From positions 496,001 to 556,640 of the forward strand of contig JBPGPT010000010.1 of NCBI GenBank assembly GCA_051047955.1: a stretch of 60,640 nt of DNA. The letters run 5' to 3'. The notes under the pieces are model-generated. The model saw nothing but the letters and a program-made list of their open reading frames with translations, did no database searches and had not been told where the DNA came from. Source of the DNA: Cystobasidiomycetes sp. EMM_F5 (taxonomy: Eukaryota). Below are positions 54,682 to 60,640 of this stretch, piece after piece. The first letter of the stretch is position 1; every line of letters starts with the position of its first letter. The position numbers and the translations under genes were made by a program.

Positions 54682-55163
54682 TGTCACGACCCGACCCTAA
54701 TTGGGGTAGACTCGAGGTACTCGAGTGAGTCTCGAAGTAGTGGAGGCCGACTCGAAGGTTGGGGAGGAGAGTCGAAAGGGCGGAGGTCTCTCAAAAGAGC
54801 TCGAAGAGTGTCACGCACACCAAAAACTTGATCACTTGCAAAGGGTCAAGCCGGCCGTCTCTCAGCGACGACTGGCTCTGGCCAAGTCCAACAACCACGC
54901 TGGCATGTATGCACATACTGTTGGCACCAATACGACACATACAACACCCAACCCCCAATTCTCTAGTCCTTGTCGTCTCTCATCGACGATATACTAATCC
55001 CTGCAACATCCACCACCCCTCCTTCAACACCCTACTCCCCCTCCGCCTTGCTGTCACGAATGTCACCAAAATAAAATGTATTGCCCCTCTAAAAAGTCAC
55101 TAAAATATAAATACAACAAGACTCAAACCCCCGATCTATTAACAAAAGAGAAAGACACCTATA
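54682..55163 (+). mobile_element. Probable nested or truncated LTR 5' fragments
   Basis: TGTCACG at 54682, 54809 and 55052, and TGTCAC at 55061, all in the same orientation as TGTCACGATCC at 55164. Composition changes after each. No matching right ends seen. Confidence 0.4.
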
Positions 55164-56507
55164 TGTCACGATCCGTACACATCATTCCTGACCTCTAGTC
55201 AAAATCCCGATGGTCATATCTCAATTCCCGACTGAGATACATAATTCCCGAAGAACAACCCTTCGTCTAAGTTGCGAATTCTCCATCGGTAATTTCACCA
55301 TGTGACTCGCCATATCATGTTTGGTACTTTCGCCAAAATTCCGATGAACATATGTCAAGATTTGACGAAGTTGCAATAATCCCGATAAGCAGCATACAGA
55401 CAACATCAACAATCGTTATCGGCAATTATGCCATGCGACTCAGCACACTCGACTTGCTATCCTGCCGAGATTCCCCTAAAAGTCCGATGCTTCTTCACTG
55501 AGATAGAGCCTTGCCTCGACTCATCGACGAGCGACGACAACTTCCGCAATATGCAAGATATTTACTCCGGGATTTCGACAGTGGTCTTTCTACATCAAAT
55601 GGAGTCTCTAGCAAAAATCGCGGTGTCCGAAATCCTCATTTCCATGGACCTGTGTACCGCTCTCAAAATGGACGACATGCGACTTCGCCAATATTGGAGA
55701 TATCGACTCCGGTATTTTCGTGCTGGCTCATCTACACCTTGGAATACCTTAGCAAAAATCCCGGTCGTCATATCTGCTCTTCCCTTTGAGCTATGGCAAC
55801 TCTTCGCCGACTTTAGGCCGACTTTGAGCCGACTTCCAAATGGCCTAAATCTTCATCGGTATTTTTGCCAACGCATCCGCCGCACTTCCAAATGGCACTT
55901 CCATATCCGTCGCAAATTCTCTCGTCAACTTCCATCGAGTAAATCGCGTATATCCGACTTCCCATTTCCAGACCCACTTTCCTCATCCGGTATTTTGTCA
56001 TACGCATTCGGCAATTTCCTCAATAGCATTCTTGAGTCTACTTAGTGCATTTCCAAATCATTTTCCACAACGTTGTAAGATAGAATGCCCTTCTTCTTCG
56101 TTGATTTCTGAAAAGAGTTACTTAGGGTAAAACTTCGCTCCGGCATTTATTCTGAGTATCGGTGAGGCTTCTGTCTGTTCATCGACAGTCGTATCGAGGA
56201 CGCTCTTCGCTGTCCGCGACCTCCGGCATTTTTCTACTGCTACCTCATCTTGTCTGCATTTATCATCCACTCCTCTTCCTCTGGAAAAATAGCGATAAGC
56301 CCCTCGCAGACCCGGGCTTCCTCCTCGACACTCGTCGGCAATATTTCAACGTCGTCTGACGTCTCCGGCAATTGTTTTGGCCTTCGGCATTTTCTACTGC
56401 CGTCGGTATTTATTATTTCGCTTCGGGATTTTTTCCCAAGCATCGGGATTTTCGTAACACACTCGTAGAACATCGCTACGGGTGTTCAAGTCGCGTTAAA
56501 CCTTACA
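55164..56507 (+). repeat. Putative 5' LTR (left boundary uncertain; alternative start TGTAAG at 56074)
   Basis: TGT...ACA termini (TGTCACG at 55164, CCTTACA at 56501-56507). The right end is followed by a self-priming site, and element-typical motifs begin near 55200. No second LTR is available to confirm. Confidence 0.55.
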
Positions 56508-56508
56508 C

Positions 56509-56519
56509 TAGAAATCAAC
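56509..56519 (+). promoter_or_regulatory. Self-priming primer-binding site
   Basis: AGAAATCAAC (56510-56519) is the exact reverse complement of GTTGATTTCT (56100-56109). T56509 can wobble-pair with G56110. There is no TGG tRNA-type PBS. Confidence 0.7.
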
Positions 56520-56546
56520 CTTTCGCTATTTCCACAATCCCTCGTC

Positions 56547-57734
56547 ATGTCTACCGTTGGTCGCGTCACTACTCGGTCAATGGGACAAGGTGTCATCCAA
56601 GCTCAATCTATTCGTTCCGTACCCCTATCTCTCAGCAAGTCTGAACCTCTTCAACGTACTGGCGAAATTCCCGAGCAGTCACCTGATGACACACATGAGC
56701 AGGAGGATGATCTCGTATCGAATCATTCCCACGCCGCCTCCACTCATGCAAATATTCCCGAAAGTCAAGACACAGTCATGCTACGCCTTCTGGCCAAGTT
56801 GACGGAAGCCGAGATTCGTCGTTCCGCCTCACCGCCTCCTTCCATGGAAGCGTCGAAGGGGCCACACGCAAGAATTCCCGATCCGTTCGATGGCAAAGAC
56901 AGAAGCAAGTTTCGGCCTTTTTTGGCCGCACTTCGTGTCGTCTTCCTCAACCATCCGCGACGGTTTAATACCGATAGGAGCAAGGTCCTCATGGCAGGAT
57001 CTCTTCTCACCGATATTGCCGCGGACTGGTTCGAGCCTTTCACTCATGACTCTGGTAAAGAGGCCATCATACTTGATGATTGGCACATCTTCGTTGATCG
57101 TATCGAATCCATGTTCGGCGACCCCGACGCTGAGGCAACTGCCGAATACAAGCTCGAGGCCCTCAAAATGTCCGAACGTGATTCCATCTCTACTTATATT
57201 ACCGAGTTCCGCACATATCAAGCACAGCTTGATTGGGGCAATTCACCACTTCGGTTTGCTTTCCGCCGGGGTTTGCCTCACCGCATCCTAGATAAATTAG
57301 CGACGATCTTGGAACAGCCCAAGACTCTGACTGCCCTCATGGAGGCTGCCCAGCGCATTGACCAGCGTCACTGGGACCGTGAGCGCGAGAAGAAGTTGCA
57401 CCGTCATAAGGATGGCTCGAAAAATCCCGAAAGTCATCGCAATAATGCCGAACGCCCCTCAAACACATCAAACAAAAATACCGAAAGCAAGTCCTCTGAT
57501 TCCCGACCCCAAAAGAAGACAAACAACAAGCTCAAGGATCTAACCGCTATCCTCACCAAGGACAACAAGTTGACCGCAGCTGAAAAATCCCGAAGAGCTG
57601 AACAAGGTCTTTGTTCGTACTGTGGAGGACCGCACAAGATCGATGATTGCAATGTTCGCCCGAAAACTTCATATTCGCGCTCAGTTAAAAATAGCGAGAA
57701 GTCAAAGGACGTCTCCGCTGATCCAAAAAATTAG
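56547..57734 (+). CDS. gag: Retrotransposon Gag, 395 aa
   Basis: PDPFDGKD, LLTDIAADWF, YITEFR, FRRGLPHRI, and zinc knuckle variant CSYCGGPHKIDDC (CX2CX3HX4C). Confidence 0.92.
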   Translation: MSTVGRVTTRSMGQGVIQAQSIRSVPLSLSKSEPLQRTGEIPEQSPDDTHEQEDDLVSNHSHAASTHANIPESQDTVMLRLLAKLTEAEIRRSASPPPSMEASKGPHARIPDPFDGKDRSKFRPFLAALRVVFLNHPRRFNTDRSKVLMAGSLLTDIAADWFEPFTHDSGKEAIILDDWHIFVDRIESMFGDPDAEATAEYKLEALKMSERDSISTYITEFRTYQAQLDWGNSPLRFAFRRGLPHRILDKLATILEQPKTLTALMEAAQRIDQRHWDREREKKLHRHKDGSKNPESHRNNAERPSNTSNKNTESKSSDSRPQKKTNNKLKDLTAILTKDNKLTAAEKSRRAEQGLCSYCGGPHKIDDCNVRPKTSYSRSVKNSEKSKDVSADPKN

Positions 57735-57793
57735 CGGGCGATTCCGGCGCGCACTCCGGTCATCGCAATTTATCAAATCTTCGAAATGTGCGC
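57725..57793 (+). other. -1 programmed ribosomal frameshift signal (slippery heptamer plus pseudoknot)
   Basis: A_AAA_AAT at 57725-57731 immediately before the gag TAG, then a 6-nt spacer and a stem GCGAT/ATCGC plus CCGG/CCGG. Loop GCGCAC is complementary to GTGCGC at 57788-57793. The -1 frame is open into pol. Confidence 0.8.
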
Positions 57794-60532
57794 TTCCGAG
57801 GAAATCCCGACTCTCCTCACTCCATGTATCATTCGGTTACCCTTGTAAACTATCCCGGTATTTATCGAGCACTCGTCGACACTGGCGCTTCCGACAGTTT
57901 CATCGACCCTGCTCAATTCCCCTTCGTTCTTCATACGGAGAAAATTCCCGAGCCCGTCAAGCTCATTTTATTTGGCGATGATGATGCTCCACTCATCACT
58001 TCGGCAATTTCTCTCATGCTCGACACTGGTTTGTCGTCGGCATTTTCTCACCGCTTCCTGGTGACTCAACTCGAAGCCTCTTGTCCTATCGTGCTAGGAC
58101 TCGACTTCCTTCGTAGAGCCAAACCTTCCATGGACTGGTCTACATCCACTTTGGCACCTTCGCCTGCCGCAAATATTCCCGTGGCTCCACTACGCGCAGC
58201 CCAGACTTCGGAATTTTTGGTTTCAGACTTCTTCGACCCTGATGAAGACCCTGACGAAATTACCGAAATCATTAAAGTCGTTCCCTCCGAGTACCACGAC
58301 TTTCTCGATGTCTTTTCGAAGGCAAAGGCGGAAATATTGCCGCCATCCCGGTCCTATGACCATACTATTGACCTCATCGATGACGGGAATTTACCTTCCA
58401 TCGGCGCAATTTATTCCACATCAATTGCCGAAAGCAAGGCCCTCAAAGATGAAATTGACGGTCTTTTAGCCAAGGGATTCATCCGGCCTTCCAAGTCGCC
58501 CATCGGCGCTCCGGTATTATTCGCGAAGAAAAAGGGAGGTGCACTTCGTATGTGCATCGACTATCGGCAATTAAATTCCCGAACTCGCAAGAATAAGTAT
58601 CCCATTCCCGCAATTAATCATCTTCTCGAGCGACTTTCGCAAGCTCAGGTCTTCACTAAGTTCGACCTGCGAGGCGCTTACCATCTACTACGCATAGCCG
58701 CAGGCCACGAGTGGAAGACTACCTTCCGCTGCCGCTATGGCGCGTTCGAATTCCTCGTCATGCCTTTCGGCCTGACCAATGCTCCGTCATCCTTCCAACA
58801 TTTCGTTAATGACGTTTTCCATGAGCATCTCGACAAATTCATCATAGTCTACCTAGATGACATCCTCATCTATTCCAACACCATGCAGGAACATCGCCAG
58901 CACGTCCGTCAAGCACTTTCATTGCTTCGGCAATTTAGGCTCTTCGCCAAGGCAAGCAAATGCCACTTCCATGTACCGTCCGTCGAGTATTTGGGGTACA
59001 TCGTCGGTCAGAACAGTATTTCTATGGACCCTGACAAGGTTTCGGCAATTTTAGCTTGGCCTATTCCAACATCGGTCAAATCAGTACAGTCTTTCCTTGG
59101 TTTCGCTAATTTTTACCGAAGATTCATTCGGGAATATTCAAAAGTCGTCACTCCGTTGACGGCACTCACCAAGAAAGACTCGGCATTTTTGTGGAGCCCC
59201 GCCTGCCAGCAAGCATTCGAGCTCCTAAAATCCCGATTCAGTACTGCACCTATCCTCGCACATTTTCAACCCGACCGCAAATTTATTCTTGAAACTGACG
59301 CGTCAGACTACGCAATTGGTTCAATTCTGTCTCAAGAGGACGCTTCGGGAATTTTACATCCCGTCGCATTCGACTCGCGCAAATTATTACTGGCTGAGCT
59401 GAACTATGAGATCCATGACAAGGAGCTCTTGGCCATTGTATGGTCGTTCTCTCGCTGGCGCTCAATGCTCCAATCCACCTGCGAGCCAATTCAGGTATTT
59501 TCGGACCACAAGGCTCTGGAGTATTTCATGTCATCCAAAGTACTCACCCGCCGTCAAGCAAGATGGTCGGAAATTTTGTCCGAGTACGACTTCCGAATAG
59601 TCTACCGTCCGGGTAAGCAGTCGCAAAAACCCGACGCGCTATCACGTCGAGACGACGTTTATCCTGAAGGGGGGGAAGGCGCTTACGCCAGGAATAATCC
59701 CGATAATTTCCGAACTCTCCTTCCTCAATCTACTCTAGCCCGTGTGCAAACATCCGCACTCGTCAGCAAAAATCCCGAGCTTCGTGCAACGCTTGGCGAA
59801 ATTACCGATGACATACCTTCGCTAATTACCGAGATACGCAAGGCCCAGGATAGCGACGATGCGCTTCAAGCACTTTTGGCAAATCCAACCAAGTCAAAAA
59901 TCCCGAGCAAAATTCGCGACGATGGTATCGTCGTATTCAATGACAAGGTTTACGTCCCATCCGACCCCACCGTCAGATTGCTCATCCTACGCAGCAAGCA
60001 TGACCATGTTGTAGCAGGCCATCCGGGAATTTCTAAGACACTCGCCCTGATCAAGCGAGCATACTACTGGCCCGGCGCTAAGGACTTCGTCACAGATTAT
60101 GTTTCATCATGTCTGATTTGTTCGCGAAATAAATCCCGAAGACATCAGCCTTCCGGACTTTTACAGCCGCTACCCGTAGCGACTCGCCCTTGGATTTCCA
60201 TATCCATGGACTTCATTGAGGAGCTTCCTACATCAAATTCCTACAATTCAATCCTCGTGGTGGTCGACCGATTTACTAAGATGGCTCATTTCATCCCTAC
60301 ATTCACGACAGCAAATTCCCGAGACCTCGCAAATATTGTTATCCGACACGTCTTCACCAAACATGGAATTCCCGACGACATAATTTCCGATAGAGGCGCT
60401 AAATTCGTCAGCAAGTTCTGGCAACGTGTCTGTTCGAGCCTCGGCATTTTACGCAAATTATCTAGCGCGTATCATCCGCAAACCGATGGTCAGACCGAAC
60501 GAGTCAACTCCGTACTGGAGCAGTATCATTAG
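57731..60532 (+). CDS. pol: Retrotransposon Pol (protease, RT, RNase H, integrase), truncated in integrase
   Basis: Protease LVDTGASDSFI, RT YLDD, RNase H ETDASDYAIG, integrase HHCC (HDHVVAGH...CLIC) and D-D-E (SMDF, SDRG, QTERVN). The stop codon is supplied by telomeric TAG at 60530-60532. Confidence 0.95.
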   Translation, partial: LAGDSGAHSGHRNLSNLRNVRFRGNPDSPHSMYHSVTLVNYPGIYRALVDTGASDSFIDPAQFPFVLHTEKIPEPVKLILFGDDDAPLITSAISLMLDTGLSSAFSHRFLVTQLEASCPIVLGLDFLRRAKPSMDWSTSTLAPSPAANIPVAPLRAAQTSEFLVSDFFDPDEDPDEITEIIKVVPSEYHDFLDVFSKAKAEILPPSRSYDHTIDLIDDGNLPSIGAIYSTSIAESKALKDEIDGLLAKGFIRPSKSPIGAPVLFAKKKGGALRMCIDYRQLNSRTRKNKYPIPAINHLLERLSQAQVFTKFDLRGAYHLLRIAAGHEWKTTFRCRYGAFEFLVMPFGLTNAPSSFQHFVNDVFHEHLDKFIIVYLDDILIYSNTMQEHRQHVRQALSLLRQFRLFAKASKCHFHVPSVEYLGYIVGQNSISMDPDKVSAILAWPIPTSVKSVQSFLGFANFYRRFIREYSKVVTPLTALTKKDSAFLWSPACQQAFELLKSRFSTAPILAHFQPDRKFILETDASDYAIGSILSQEDASGILHPVAFDSRKLLLAELNYEIHDKELLAIVWSFSRWRSMLQSTCEPIQVFSDHKALEYFMSSKVLTRRQARWSEILSEYDFRIVYRPGKQSQKPDALSRRDDVYPEGGEGAYARNNPDNFRTLLPQSTLARVQTSALVSKNPELRATLGEITDDIPSLITEIRKAQDSDDALQALLANPTKSKIPSKIRDDGIVVFNDKVYVPSDPTVRLLILRSKHDHVVAGHPGISKTLALIKRAYYWPGAKDFVTDYVSSCLICSRNKSRRHQPSGLLQPLPVATRPWISISMDFIEELPTSNSYNSILVVVDRFTKMAHFIPTFTTANSRDLANIVIRHVFTKHGIPDDIISDRGAKFVSKFWQRVCSSLGILRKLSSAYHPQTDGQTERVNSVLEQYH

Positions 60533-60640
60533 TAGGGTTAGGGCTTTAGTAGGGTTAGGGCTTTAGTAGGGTTAGGGCTTTAGGGTTAGTAGGGTTAGGG
60601 CTTTAGTAGGGTTAGGGCTTTAGTAGGGTTAGTAGGGTTA
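60529..60640 (+). repeat. Telomeric repeat array, main unit TTAGTAGGGTTAGGGCT (17 bp) with variants
   Basis: G-rich strand runs 5'->3' to the sequence end. Five complete 17-mers plus extra TTAGGG and TTAGTAGGG blocks. Confidence 0.9.

Larger units (their letters stand above)
55164..60528 (+). mobile_element. Ty3/gypsy LTR retrotransposon (Tf1/sushi-like), 3'-truncated by telomere
   Basis: Uninterrupted gag, and pol in PR-RT-RH-IN order. The integrase C-terminus, polypurine tract and 3' LTR are absent. Confidence 0.93.

Noticed and set aside
55428..56045. 205-aa ORF upstream of gag
   Set aside because: No recognisable motif, and its composition reflects the LTR's repeated DNA words; likely a chance ORF.
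56122..56128. TTAGGGT inside the LTR as a telomere seed
   Set aside because: A single short match expected by chance and far from the healing site.
56452..56459. TCGTAACA as LTR right end (near-inverted repeat of TGTCACGA)
   Set aside because: Not followed by a tRNA-type or self-complementary PBS, whereas CCTTACA at 56507 is.
56484..56492. GTTCAAGTC B-box-like motif suggesting a tRNA
   Set aside because: No cloverleaf or A-box context.
60529..60640. Terminal array as CRISPR or simple satellite
   Set aside because: No unique spacers and a eukaryotic context; strand polarity and terminal position fit a telomere.

Overview
Right-hand end of a chromosome from an intron-rich, gene-dense fungus; gene content and ~50-70 nt introns suggest a basidiomycete yeast (inference). 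Bases 1-36.4k hold conserved eukaryotic genes: phospholipase D (5'-truncated by the window), a USP-domain protein, REV7, APC2, RPB2, SPB1, TBL1/SIF2-like, NudE, ECO1, an FAD/Rieske oxidoreductase, DCAF11-like and PalI/RIM9. Two HNH-nuclease paralogues are interspersed, one probably decayed. Bases 37.3k-53.8k are accessory: a secreted DUF3237-like gene that needs a 4-nt micro-exon, a glycoside-utilisation cluster (sugar porter, GH5, Zn2Cys6 regulator, GH3) and a head-to-head pair of SNG1/DUF3533 membrane genes. Several same-orientation LTR-like starts follow, then a young Ty3/gypsy element with a self-priming site and a -1 frameshift pseudoknot. The element is cut inside integrase and capped directly by an unusual variable telomere array with main unit TTAGTAGGGTTAGGGCT. 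Gene spans include introns and were read by eye; family calls rest on recognised motifs, not database searches.
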